A DNA stretch of 64,000 bases. It comes from Bacteroidaceae bacterium. Lineage in GTDB: Bacteria > Bacteroidota > Bacteroidia > Bacteroidales > Bacteroidaceae. The position numbers and the translations under genes were made by a program. Position 1 is the stretch's first letter; each line of letters starts with the position of its first letter. Under the pieces are notes generated by a model that saw nothing but the letters and a program-made list of their open reading frames with translations, made no database searches and was not told the origin of the DNA. Positions 38,875 to 47,665 of this stretch are shown piece by piece. Where the stretch lies: assembly GCA_017557635.1 (NCBI GenBank), contig JAFYYH010000021.1:110363-174362 (forward strand), in the 5' to 3' direction.

Positions 38875-39705
38875 ATGGATACCTTTCTTGCTGTAATCTG
38901 GAATCCGGACATTGAATTATGCCGGGTCTTTGGACACCCCATACGTTACTACTCCATCATGTGGATGGTAGGCCTGGTTGCAGCATACTTCATCGTCAAG
39001 AAACTCTATAAGGACCGCGGCATCAAGCAGGAGACTTTCGAACCGCTGTTCTTCTACTGTTTCCTGGGTATCCTCATCGGAGCACGTTTAGGTCATTGCA
39101 TCTTCTACGAGCCCGACTATTACCTTCACGGGGGCAAGCATTTCATTGAGATGCTGCTTCCAATCCGGTTCCTTCCTCAGGGAGGAATCATACTGTCCGG
39201 TTACAGCGGCCTGGCCAGTCACGGCGGAACCATCGGCATCATCATTGCCATGATCATGTACTGCCACAAGTACAAGGTCAAGATTTTTGAATGCATCGAT
39301 ATGGTCTGCGTGGCAACTCCGCTCACTGCAGCATGCATCCGTTTAGGCAACCTCATCAACTCAGAGATCGTAGGCAAGCCCACCGGCACGGACTGGGGAT
39401 TCATCTTTGTCCAGAACGGCGAGGACTTTGCACGCCATCCGGCACAGCTCTACGAGGCAATCGCCTACCTCATAATCTTTGCGGTTATCGTTCTTATCTA
39501 CCGCAAGCACAAGGAAAAGATAGGCTCCGGATTCTACTTTGGATTCTGCATAGCCACCATCTTCACATTCCGCTTCTTCATTGAGTTCTGCAAAGAGGTC
39601 CAGGTGGACTTTGAGCAGGGCATGACCCTTGACATGGGTCAGATTCTGAGCATCCCGTTCGTCATAGGCGGCATCTGGCTCATGCTCCACTCCCGCAAAA
39701 AATAG
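38875..39705 (+). CDS. lgt: prolipoprotein diacylglyceryl transferase
   Basis: Polytopic. IRYYSIMWMVGL and GLASHGGTIG motifs of Lgt. ATG 38875 is preferred over the TTG at 38869. Confidence 0.9.
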   Translation: MDTFLAVIWNPDIELCRVFGHPIRYYSIMWMVGLVAAYFIVKKLYKDRGIKQETFEPLFFYCFLGILIGARLGHCIFYEPDYYLHGGKHFIEMLLPIRFLPQGGIILSGYSGLASHGGTIGIIIAMIMYCHKYKVKIFECIDMVCVATPLTAACIRLGNLINSEIVGKPTGTDWGFIFVQNGEDFARHPAQLYEAIAYLIIFAVIVLIYRKHKEKIGSGFYFGFCIATIFTFRFFIEFCKEVQVDFEQGMTLDMGQILSIPFVIGGIWLMLHSRKK

Positions 39706-39740
39706 TACCATTGGGGACGGTTCCGTTTGGTACTATTTTC
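39701..39740 (+). terminator. hairpin terminator after lgt
   Basis: 10-bp outer stem AATAGTACCA/TGGTACTATT with inner ACGG/CCGT pairing, followed by TTT. The lgt stop codon lies in the 5' arm. Confidence 0.55.
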
Positions 39741-39741
39741 C

Positions 39742-39749
39742 TATCTTTG
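39742..39749 (+). promoter_or_regulatory. Bacteroidota -7 promoter box (TATCTTTG)
   Basis: TAnnTTTG match 25 nt upstream of ATG 39775. It lies inside the ORF-track N-terminal extension. Confidence 0.45.
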
Positions 39750-39774
39750 GAAGATTAATGGAAAAGCAACTATT

Positions 39775-41193
39775 ATGCTATTGTCATCAAACGGTATCGC
39801 AGTGACTTCGTTCGCTGCTCCTGAAGTGTGGAGTGCACTCGTTCAGGTTTTCATCATTGCCCTGGCCGTACTGGCCGGAAACATACTCCGTCGTAAAGTC
39901 AAGGTTCTTCGCCGCAGTCTCATACCCTCAGCTCTGCTGGGAGGTCTCATCATCCTGCTGCTTAAGATGTGGGCCGATTTCAACGGCATCATTGACAAGC
40001 GTTTCATGGAGACAGTCACCTACCACACATTGGCACTGGGTTTCATCGCCATGTCACTGCGTGCATCAAAGGAGACTGACCGCGCCAACACACGCACCGT
40101 TATCGATACCGGTACGCTGACCATCGGAACATATATCATCCAGGGTATCATCGGCCTTCTGGTTACAATCCCCATGTACCTGTGGTGGAGAAATCCCGAG
40201 GCAGGCCGTGACATCTTCTATTCAGGAGGTCTTCTGTTGCCGATGGGCTATGGACAGGGTCCCGGCCAGGCTCTCAACTTCGGAACTATCTACCAGCTGG
40301 GTGCAGCCGATCAGGGTATCAACTTCCATGGCATTGACTTCGGCCTTTCAATAGCCGCCATCGGATTCCTGGTAGGCAGCGTGATAGGTGTGATCTATAT
40401 GAACATACTTAACGGCAGGGGCAAGCTCAAGATCCATGAGCAGGAGAACGTTCAGCGCCATACCCTTAAGGATTATGAGCAGGGCAACGAACTGCCCCAC
40501 TCTGAGTCTGTGGATAAGCTGACCATCGTAGTGAGCATAGTTCTTCTGACCTACTTCCTGGTTTATCTGCTCATGTCGTTCATAGGCAAACTTGAGTTAG
40601 GAAACTTCGGCGAGAAGACTCTCAAGCCACTGGTTTACGGATTCAACTTCTTCTGGGGCATACTGTTCGGTTCACTTGTAAAGATTGTCATCCGCGGTCT
40701 GCGCAAGAGAGGCTGGATGACCCGTGAGTACCTGAATGAGTTCCTGCTGAACCGTGTAAGCGGTATCTGCTTTGACATAATGATCGTAGCCGGAACCGCT
40801 GCCATCAGCTTTGAGAACCTCAAGGCCATCTGGCTGCCGCTCACTCTCGTATGTGTTGCCGGTGCGTTCATCACATTCGTCTATGTTCGCTGGGTATCGT
40901 TCCGCATCTATCCCGATTACAAGTATGAAGGATTCTTCTCAATGTTCGGAATGCTTACCGGTACCGCCAGCAACGGTATGATCCTGCTGCGTGAGATTGA
41001 CCCGCGCTACCAGACTCCTGCCGCCAACAACCTGGTGCTCCAGAACATCCCGGCCATGATAATGGGATTCCCGGTTCTGCTGCTGTTGGGCTTTGCACCC
41101 CATAACCTCAAGGCAACACTGATAACCCTTGGAATACTCATTGCAGCTTTCATAGCAGCAACCCTGTTCCTCTTCAAAAAGCGCAAGAAATAA
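39775..41193 (+). CDS. gltS: sodium/glutamate symporter-like (GltS/ESS family) transporter
   Basis: 472 aa, polytopic. The N-terminus (ALVQVFIIALAVLAGNILRRKVKVLRRSLIPSALLGGLIILLL) resembles the GltS signature. The start was moved to ATG 39775 behind the promoter box. Confidence 0.65.
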   Translation: MLLSSNGIAVTSFAAPEVWSALVQVFIIALAVLAGNILRRKVKVLRRSLIPSALLGGLIILLLKMWADFNGIIDKRFMETVTYHTLALGFIAMSLRASKETDRANTRTVIDTGTLTIGTYIIQGIIGLLVTIPMYLWWRNPEAGRDIFYSGGLLLPMGYGQGPGQALNFGTIYQLGAADQGINFHGIDFGLSIAAIGFLVGSVIGVIYMNILNGRGKLKIHEQENVQRHTLKDYEQGNELPHSESVDKLTIVVSIVLLTYFLVYLLMSFIGKLELGNFGEKTLKPLVYGFNFFWGILFGSLVKIVIRGLRKRGWMTREYLNEFLLNRVSGICFDIMIVAGTAAISFENLKAIWLPLTLVCVAGAFITFVYVRWVSFRIYPDYKYEGFFSMFGMLTGTASNGMILLREIDPRYQTPAANNLVLQNIPAMIMGFPVLLLLGFAPHNLKATLITLGILIAAFIAATLFLFKKRKK

Positions 41194-43815
41194 ATGGCAC
41201 AGAGCAAGCCCGAAGAGACGCCGATGATGCGGCAGTTCTACAGTCTGAAGGAGAAACATCCCGATGCTGTACTGCTGTTCCGCTGTGGAGATTTTTACGA
41301 GACATACGCACAGGATGCTGTTCAGGCAGCCGAGATACTCGGTATCACCCTGACCCGCCGAAACAACGGCAAGAATGGTGCCATGGCACTTGAAATGGCC
41401 GGTTTCCCGCATCACGCCCTTGACGTATATCTGCCCAAACTCATCCGCGCCGGCCGCCGTGTGGCTATCTGTGACCAGCTTGAAGACCCCAAACTCACCA
41501 AGACTCTTGTAAAGCGCGGCATCACCGAACTTGTAACGCCGGGTGTCGCCATGAGTGACAACGTGCTGCAGAACAAGGAGAACAACTTCCTGGCAGCCGT
41601 ACACTTTGGCAAGGGTGCATGGGGCATTTCCTTCCTTGACATATCAACCGGTGAGTACCTCATAGCCGAGGGCCCCGCCGACCATATAGACAAACTGCTC
41701 TCCAACTTCGCTCCCAAGGAGACCCTCATTGAGCGCGGTCACCGCCAGCAGTTCGAGCAGTCTTTCGGCACCCGCTACTGCGTACGCGAACTCGATGACT
41801 GGGTATTTACCGAGGAGTTCGCCCGCGAGAAACTCAACCGCCACTTCAAGGTACGCAACCTCAAGGGATTCGGCGTTGACCATCTGAGCAACGGAAAGGT
41901 TGCCGCCGGCGCCATCCTGGAGTATCTGGCCGAGACGCTGCACAACAACATCGGCCACATCTCATCCATCCGCATGATTGATGAGGAGCGTTACGTGCGT
42001 CTGGACAAGTTCACGGTTCGCAACCTGGAACTGCTCTCATCAAACAATGAGGACGGCGTGTCACTGCTCAAGGTGATTGATCACACATCATCACCCATGG
42101 GCGCCCGTCTGCTGCGCCGCTGGATGCTCTTCCCGCTTAAGGATCCCGCAGCCATCAACAACCGTCTTGACGTTGTTGACCACCTGTTCCGTTATCCCGA
42201 TACGGCCGATGCCCTTACCGATGCACTGCAGCGTATGGGTGACCTGGAACGTCTGGTTTCAAAGGCTGCCGTGGGCCGGATCAACCCGCGTGAAGTCCTC
42301 TCACTGGGTCTGGCACTCAAGCAGCTGGAGCCCGTCAAACTGATATGTGAAGCATCCGAGAATCCGCAGCTCCGTGAGGTCGGTAAAAAGATTGACCTGT
42401 GCGAGACACTTCGTGACAACATAATACGCACCATACGCCCTGACACCCCCATCCTGGTAAGCAAGGGCGGCGTGATTGCCGAGGGCATCGACCCCCAACT
42501 GGATGAACTGCGCAGCATTGCCTACAGCGGCAAGGACTACCTTATGCAGATTCAGCAGCGTGAGGCCGAGCAGACCGGAATATCCAGCCTGAAGATTGCC
42601 TACAACAACGTGTTCGGCTACTATCTTGAGGTACGCAACACCTTCAAGGACAAGGTTCCCGCAGAGTGGATCCGCAAGCAGACGCTGGTCAATGCCGAGC
42701 GTTACATCACCCCTGAACTCAAGGAGTATGAGGAGAAGATCCTGGGGGCCGAGGACAAGATACTTGCGCTTGAATCACAGATATTCTCACAGCTGGCCGC
42801 ATCAATTCTGGAGTACGTTCCCGCCATTCAGGTAAACGCCACCGAGGTGAGCCGCATAGACTGCCTGCTCTCATTTGCCCGCGTGGCACGTGAGCACCGC
42901 TATGTACGCCCCGTGGTTGACGAGAGTCAGATAATAGATATCAAGGAGGGCCGTCATCCGGTAATCGAGACCCAGATGGCGCCGGGTGAGAGTTACATCT
43001 CAAACAACGTCTTTGTCGATAGTGACAGCCAGCAGATACTCATTATCACCGGTCCCAACATGGCGGGTAAATCGGCCCTGCTGCGTCAGACCGCACTCAT
43101 CACGCTGCTTGCCCAGATGGGCTGCTACGTGCCTGCCGACAGCGCACGCATCGGCGTTGTGGACCGCATATTCACCCGCGTGGGAGCCAGCGATAACATA
43201 TCGGCCGGAGAGTCAACCTTCATGGTCGAGATGACCGAGGCCGCCAGCATCCTGAACAACCTGACCGCACGCAGCCTGGTGCTCTTTGACGAGCTGGGCC
43301 GCGGTACATCAACATATGACGGTATTTCAATTGCGTGGGCAATCGTAGAGTACATTCACGAGCACCCGTCGGCCCACGCCCGCACGCTGTTTGCCACCCA
43401 CTACCACGAACTCAATGAGATGGCGCAGTCGTTCAGCCGCATCCGCAACTTCAACGTTTCTGTAAAGGAGACCGACGGCAAGGTGCTGTTCCTGCGCAAG
43501 CTGGTACCCGGAGGCAGCGAGCACTCGTTCGGTATCCATGTGGCCGAGATGGCAGGCATGCCGCGCAGCATCGTTAAGCGCGCCGGCACAATCCTCAAGG
43601 AGATGGAGGCCACCAGCACCGGCAAGGGCATTTCACGTCCCAGCGTAGAGACCGGTCAGCACCGCGAGGGCCTGCAGATGAGTTTCTTCCAGCTGGACGA
43701 TCCCGTGCTCTGCCAGATCCGCGACCAGCTGCTCTCAATTGATGTCAACAACCTCACCCCCATTGAGGCCCTGAACAAACTCAACGACATCAAGAAGATC
43801 CTGAAGGGAAAATGA
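41194..43815 (+). CDS. mutS: DNA mismatch repair protein MutS
   Basis: TPMMRQF N-terminus, Walker [23 protein letters not shown]. 873 aa. Confidence 0.95.
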   Translation: MAQSKPEETPMMRQFYSLKEKHPDAVLLFRCGDFYETYAQDAVQAAEILGITLTRRNNGKNGAMALEMAGFPHHALDVYLPKLIRAGRRVAICDQLEDPKLTKTLVKRGITELVTPGVAMSDNVLQNKENNFLAAVHFGKGAWGISFLDISTGEYLIAEGPADHIDKLLSNFAPKETLIERGHRQQFEQSFGTRYCVRELDDWVFTEEFAREKLNRHFKVRNLKGFGVDHLSNGKVAAGAILEYLAETLHNNIGHISSIRMIDEERYVRLDKFTVRNLELLSSNNEDGVSLLKVIDHTSSPMGARLLRRWMLFPLKDPAAINNRLDVVDHLFRYPDTADALTDALQRMGDLERLVSKAAVGRINPREVLSLGLALKQLEPVKLICEASENPQLREVGKKIDLCETLRDNIIRTIRPDTPILVSKGGVIAEGIDPQLDELRSIAYSGKDYLMQIQQREAEQTGISSLKIAYNNVFGYYLEVRNTFKDKVPAEWIRKQTLVNAERYITPELKEYEEKILGAEDKILALESQIFSQLAASILEYVPAIQVNATEVSRIDCLLSFARVAREHRYVRPVVDESQIIDIKEGRHPVIETQMAPGESYISNNVFVDSDSQQILIITGPNMAGKSALLRQTALITLLAQMGCYVPADSARIGVVDRIFTRVGASDNISAGESTFMVEMTEAASILNNLTARSLVLFDELGRGTSTYDGISIAWAIVEYIHEHPSAHARTLFATHYHELNEMAQSFSRIRNFNVSVKETDGKVLFLRKLVPGGSEHSFGIHVAEMAGMPRSIVKRAGTILKEMEATSTGKGISRPSVETGQHREGLQMSFFQLDDPVLCQIRDQLLSIDVNNLTPIEALNKLNDIKKILKGK

Positions 43816-43849
43816 TACCATTGGGGTCTGACCACTTTTGTATGTGTCA

Positions 43850-44953
43850 TTACTCACAGACGGGACGTACGGGCCGTGGCCATGCGCGGTAGCAGGAACC
43901 GGACCACGCAAGATCTGAGTACAAATGAATCCAAAGACAGTCCGCACTGTCAGGATTGTCGGGATCTGTAGAACCAGCCCAGTAACTCAGGTCACCTGAA
44001 GTGCCGAAAAAGGCATAAGGAAGGAAAATGGAGCGGTCCGTGTAACCGGGTTTATTACTTGTTATGAGGAAACCTATCTGGCCGTTCATTGACGCCCAGC
44101 TCCATGTGCAGTTGTAAATGAGTTCATTTATCTCATCTGTAGTGGGCATGCGCCAGCTAGCGCCCCATTTGACGTGAGCTATGTCATCTTCACTCCAGGA
44201 ATATAATCCACCCATTTCATCAGGTCCGGAAGCGTCAACGTTACGTGAGGCCCATTTTACACTCAAGCCCAGGTCAACATACTCTGAGTTGCCACCAACC
44301 AGGTCTGGGGATACATCCGGATAATATTCTATTATGATATGTGCTTCATCTGTCAACTCTTCATGGTATATCCGTTGCTTTATTTGTACATAAACAGTTC
44401 CAGTGCTCAGTTTTGTATCATCTGTATAAGTGAGACGACTGAAATTTCTTGATGAATCACTTATTGACTGTATAGGGGCTGTTACCAGTTTAATATCATT
44501 GGTATAATATGGATCATAGGAATCATTAAAAAGTACAAATTGATTATTGAAACCTATTTGGATTACACTGCTTTTCCTTTCTTTTGTGATAAACCTGCCC
44601 GCTTTATCTATTTCAATGCCAGGCAGGCTGGTGATCAGTTCTTTAAATGTTATCCCCTCTGGTACTTTATATGTCTTTTTGGTGTAGTTTTCTTTGTCTT
44701 CACGTCTTGCCCTTGCTTTTTTAGAAATCTTTCCAATCTTAATGACATACTCAGACTCTATTGATTTCCTTTGTAACTCGCGATATTCCTCACGGGTCAT
44801 ACCATAATGATAAGGCCTGACCTTTTCAATCATATCGGCTGTAAGTTGCGAAAGGCTAACTGTGGAATCACTTTGTGGCTGCTGGGCAATGGCAGGAATG
44901 CAGAGTGACATCAGCACGGATGTCAATGCAAGCAAGAGGACTTTTTTTCTCAT
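43850..44953 (-). CDS. secreted paralogue 1 with C-terminal EYVDLGLSVKW...RPVC domain (shortened version)
   Basis: Signal peptide MRKKVLLLALTSVLMSLCIP. The C-terminus EYVDLGLSVKWASRNV...DIAHVKWGASWRMPT...IFLP...VRPVCE aligns with the C-termini of 45750-46631, 46738-47643 and 47666-49561. It lacks ~35 aa present in the other three. Confidence 0.7.
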   Translation of the reverse strand: MRKKVLLLALTSVLMSLCIPAIAQQPQSDSTVSLSQLTADMIEKVRPYHYGMTREEYRELQRKSIESEYVIKIGKISKKARARREDKENYTKKTYKVPEGITFKELITSLPGIEIDKAGRFITKERKSSVIQIGFNNQFVLFNDSYDPYYTNDIKLVTAPIQSISDSSRNFSRLTYTDDTKLSTGTVYVQIKQRIYHEELTDEAHIIIEYYPDVSPDLVGGNSEYVDLGLSVKWASRNVDASGPDEMGGLYSWSEDDIAHVKWGASWRMPTTDEINELIYNCTWSWASMNGQIGFLITSNKPGYTDRSIFLPYAFFGTSGDLSYWAGSTDPDNPDSADCLWIHLYSDLAWSGSCYRAWPRPVRPVCE

Positions 44954-45051
44954 AATGCCATTTATTTGCTTTGTTCACTATCTAATCTGATTTATAGTGA
45001 AAATGCGTCTTGTGTTAAAGGCGCATTTTCATAATAAACCATAAATGAGAG
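44895..45051 (-). repeat. 157-nt promoter/leader/signal-peptide cassette, copy A
   Basis: Aligns with 46573-46729 without gaps, about 10 mismatches by eye. It spans the first ~20 codons plus ~98 nt upstream and includes the conserved hairpin 44999-45030 (GAAAATGCG N14 CGCATTTTC). Confidence 0.85.
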
Positions 45052-45078
45052 AACGCAAATAGATTACTTTGCTTCTCG

Positions 45079-45384
45079 TTACTTGTTCATTTTGGCAGGG
45101 AGGATTCTATCAACTATTACATAATCCCTTTCTATATGGTAAACATAGATCCATCGGCGATTGTGAGAAACCATTCTTCGACCATTTGGATGTATTGAGC
45201 GTACAGTATCGGATGATGAACGTCCTATACAATCCGCAAACACAGATAGAGATTCTATTTCGTTTCTCATGTTATTGGCATATTGGATAGCACTCTTCTC
45301 AGATAGGATGCTATCCAAAAAAGTCCGAAGATTATCCATATCCGCCTGTGCGGACAGGTTAATCCTCACTTCATAAATTTTCAT
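45079..45384 (-). CDS. type II toxin, RelE/ParE superfamily
   Basis: 101 aa. MKIYEVRINLSAQADMDNL... N-terminus and C-terminal ...WIYVYHIERDYVIVDRILP pattern typical of ParE/RelE toxins. 14-nt overlap with the small upstream ORF. Confidence 0.7.
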   Translation of the reverse strand: MKIYEVRINLSAQADMDNLRTFLDSILSEKSAIQYANNMRNEIESLSVFADCIGRSSSDTVRSIHPNGRRMVSHNRRWIYVYHIERDYVIVDRILPAKMNK

Positions 45385-45574
45385 AATCCTGGTGTACTAG
45401 CGAGATGAGTTTGTCAAAGTACTCATCTACAGATATTGTGTTTTTCAAAATACTTTCTCTAGAAGAAGGAATAGTCCCCATCGCATTAGAACCGCTATTG
45501 ATTCCATATGAAATCATCGGCTCTGAAACAGCAAAAGGTTGTTCTTGTTGCGTGTCTTTTCTTTTCTTACTCAT
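45371..45574 (-). CDS. putative cognate antitoxin
   Basis: 67-aa ORF immediately upstream of, and overlapping, the toxin gene. No family recognised. The call rests on position only. Confidence 0.45.
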   Translation of the reverse strand: MSKKRKDTQQEQPFAVSEPMISYGINSGSNAMGTIPSSRESILKNTISVDEYFDKLISLVHQDYENL

Positions 45575-45603
45575 GATTAAATAGATTGTTTAAAGTCATA
45601 TCG

Positions 45604-45611
45604 CAAAGATA
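45604..45611 (-). promoter_or_regulatory. Bacteroidota -7 promoter box (TATCTTTG) for the toxin-antitoxin pair
   Basis: The reverse complement of caaagata lies 29 nt upstream of ATG 45574. Confidence 0.4.
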
Positions 45612-45696
45612 TATTAATAATTAAAAATACTTTATCTCCCAGAATATTTTTCGTCGGATTTCGGGAAGGGTAGTTCCTTAGGAGATACCATATGCG

Positions 45697-45719
45697 GTTG
45701 GTAACAATCTGTTACCAAC
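45697..45719 (-). terminator. hairpin downstream of paralogue 2
   Basis: Perfect 10-bp stem GTTGGTAACA/TGTTACCAAC with a 3-nt loop, 31 nt after the stop of 45750-46631. No clear U-tract. Confidence 0.4.
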
Positions 45720-45749
45720 TCAAATCCTTCGTCTATACTTTAATTATTG

Positions 45750-46631
45750 TTACGGGCAGACAGGACGGATGGAGCGGCCTTCGTTGCGGTAAGAGCCGTT
45801 TCCCATAGACGCATCACGGCAGAACCATATTCCGTTAGCGTGATCCCAACCGCCCATCAGGAAACTGCCAGTCTCATGACTGAGTGTACTTGACCAATAT
45901 ACGCCGTATTCCGGATACTGATGTTGAGTAGTTACAGCCACCGAGTCGTTAAACATGTTGACAGGAAGGAAAATTGAGTTTTCCTCAAACCCCTCTTTCT
46001 TGCCCGATACCCGGAATCCTTTTACACCGTTTTCTGTTGTCCAGGTCCAATTACACTCTCGCCGCAGTTCATCCATTTCTGCACTAGTAGGAATACGCCA
46101 GTTGCCGCCCCACTTGGCATGGGCCACATCATCCTCCAAGTCCAATACAGTCTTATTGTCTTCATTGCAATACTTGGTATAATTGCCACGGACTCCGTCC
46201 ACACTGTACTTATAGGTGGAGTAACTGTATTCCGTCTTAGTTGTAGTCTCACCCCAGGCAAAGAATCCTCCTACCTCCTCAGGATTAGCGGCTCCCACGT
46301 TACATGTAGCCCATTTTACAGACAATCCCAGGTCAACGTATTCATGCTCCGGGAAATACTGTTTGCCATTTACAAGAATCCGGGTAATTGATTTGCCGTT
46401 TACAGTTATGGTGCCGTCATCGTGCATCTGGGCCCCGGGTAGTTTACGGACCAAATCTTCGGCCGTTTTTATATCATCTCCGTCATACTTGGCAGAATTG
46501 AAAAATAAGGCTGAATCAGTCAACAATTCTCTGTCATCTATATGAGCGATGACAACTTCTTGAGCACACAAGGGAATGCAGAGTGACATCAGCATGGATG
46601 TCAATGCAAGCAAGAGGACTTTCTTTCTCAT
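45750..46631 (-). CDS. secreted paralogue 2 with C-terminal EYVDLGLSVKW...RPVC domain
   Basis: Signal peptide MRKKVLLLALTSMLMSLCIP. EYVDLGLSVKWATCNVGA...WGGNWRIPTSAEMDEL...IFLP...SIRPVCP. Confidence 0.75.
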   Translation of the reverse strand: MRKKVLLLALTSMLMSLCIPLCAQEVVIAHIDDRELLTDSALFFNSAKYDGDDIKTAEDLVRKLPGAQMHDDGTITVNGKSITRILVNGKQYFPEHEYVDLGLSVKWATCNVGAANPEEVGGFFAWGETTTKTEYSYSTYKYSVDGVRGNYTKYCNEDNKTVLDLEDDVAHAKWGGNWRIPTSAEMDELRRECNWTWTTENGVKGFRVSGKKEGFEENSIFLPVNMFNDSVAVTTQHQYPEYGVYWSSTLSHETGSFLMGGWDHANGIWFCRDASMGNGSYRNEGRSIRPVCP

Positions 46632-46729
46632 AATGCTATTAATTTGGTTTGTTCATTATCTAAACTGATTTACAGTGAAAATGCGTCTTGTGTTAAAGGC
46701 GCATTTTCATAATAAAACGTAAATGAGAG
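46573..46729 (-). repeat. 157-nt promoter/leader/signal-peptide cassette, copy B
   Basis: See copy A (44895-45051). Its conserved hairpin is at 46677-46708. Confidence 0.85.
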
Positions 46730-46737
46730 TTTTTGCG

Positions 46738-47643
46738 TTACTCGCAGACGGGACGGATAGCACGGCCCAAGTTGCGTTGCACCATTGATGCATGGAAGTT
46801 CACATCCGGCTCAAGCCACATACCCCACGCATCACAGATACCGTTCAGTTGCAGTACAAGTTGGTCATCAACAAGGAAGCATGTCCAATAGAGGCCTGCA
46901 TACTGGCCTTCACCTATAGACTCACCCTCTACAACGCTCGTAGAATCTCTATATACAGTAAAGGGAAGAAAAATGGAGCGATCTCTATAGCCTCGCTTAT
47001 TACCTCTTATACGGAACCCTTCGGTTCCATCCTTCATCTTTACATAACTCCAGGTACACTTACCCATCAACTCTTTCCATTCACCTGTTGTGGGAATACG
47101 CCAGTTTCCGCCCCATTTTACATGAGCCGCGTCATCTTCAGGATCCAATCTGTTCTTACGGTCTTTATAGTTATACTTGGTAAAGTCATCATAACTGCCG
47201 TTTATGCTGAACTTATAATTGGACATAGTGTATTCAGACTTGGGCTCAGTCTCACCCCAGGCAAAGAGATCGCCTTTATCCTGGGGTCTTTCAGCACCCA
47301 CATTACAGGTGGCCCACTTTACTGATAAGCCCAGGTCAACGTATTCATGTTCAGGGTGGTTATTTTTATCTATTCCCTGAGATTCCTCACTATATACTAC
47401 CTTGCTGTTTTCAGGTAATTGATGCGTTTCGTTTCCTTTTATCATCAATACGTCGTTATCTTTAAACTTTACGAAGTCCTGATTACTGCGGAAGACTTCT
47501 TCAACAGACGCTCTGTTATTAATTGTATTGAGATTGAAAGGCTGTGTTGATTCAACAGGATATCGTATCTGTTGAGCACTCACAGTAAAGCCGATCGACA
47601 TCAGTATGCATGTCAATGCTATATGATGGACAGTCTTTTTCAT
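46738..47643 (-). CDS. secreted paralogue 3 with C-terminal EYVDLGLSVKW...RPVC domain, last gene of the blaI-blaR operon
   Basis: Signal peptide. EYVDLGLSVKWATCNVGA...WGGNWRIPTTGEWKEL...IFLP...AIRPVCE. Its start is only 22 nt downstream of the BlaR1-like gene's stop. Confidence 0.75.
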   Translation of the reverse strand: MKKTVHHIALTCILMSIGFTVSAQQIRYPVESTQPFNLNTINNRASVEEVFRSNQDFVKFKDNDVLMIKGNETHQLPENSKVVYSEESQGIDKNNHPEHEYVDLGLSVKWATCNVGAERPQDKGDLFAWGETEPKSEYTMSNYKFSINGSYDDFTKYNYKDRKNRLDPEDDAAHVKWGGNWRIPTTGEWKELMGKCTWSYVKMKDGTEGFRIRGNKRGYRDRSIFLPFTVYRDSTSVVEGESIGEGQYAGLYWTCFLVDDQLVLQLNGICDAWGMWLEPDVNFHASMVQRNLGRAIRPVCE

Positions 47644-47665
47644 AATGCATTTTTAATTGATAATG

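Noticed and set aside
39703-39716. 11-mer TACCATTGGGG directly after the lgt stop and again directly after the mutS stop (43816-43826)
   Set aside because: The shared position looked suggestive, but hundreds of identical 11-mer pairs are expected by chance in 64 kb. Similarity does not extend beyond a few flanking A residues.
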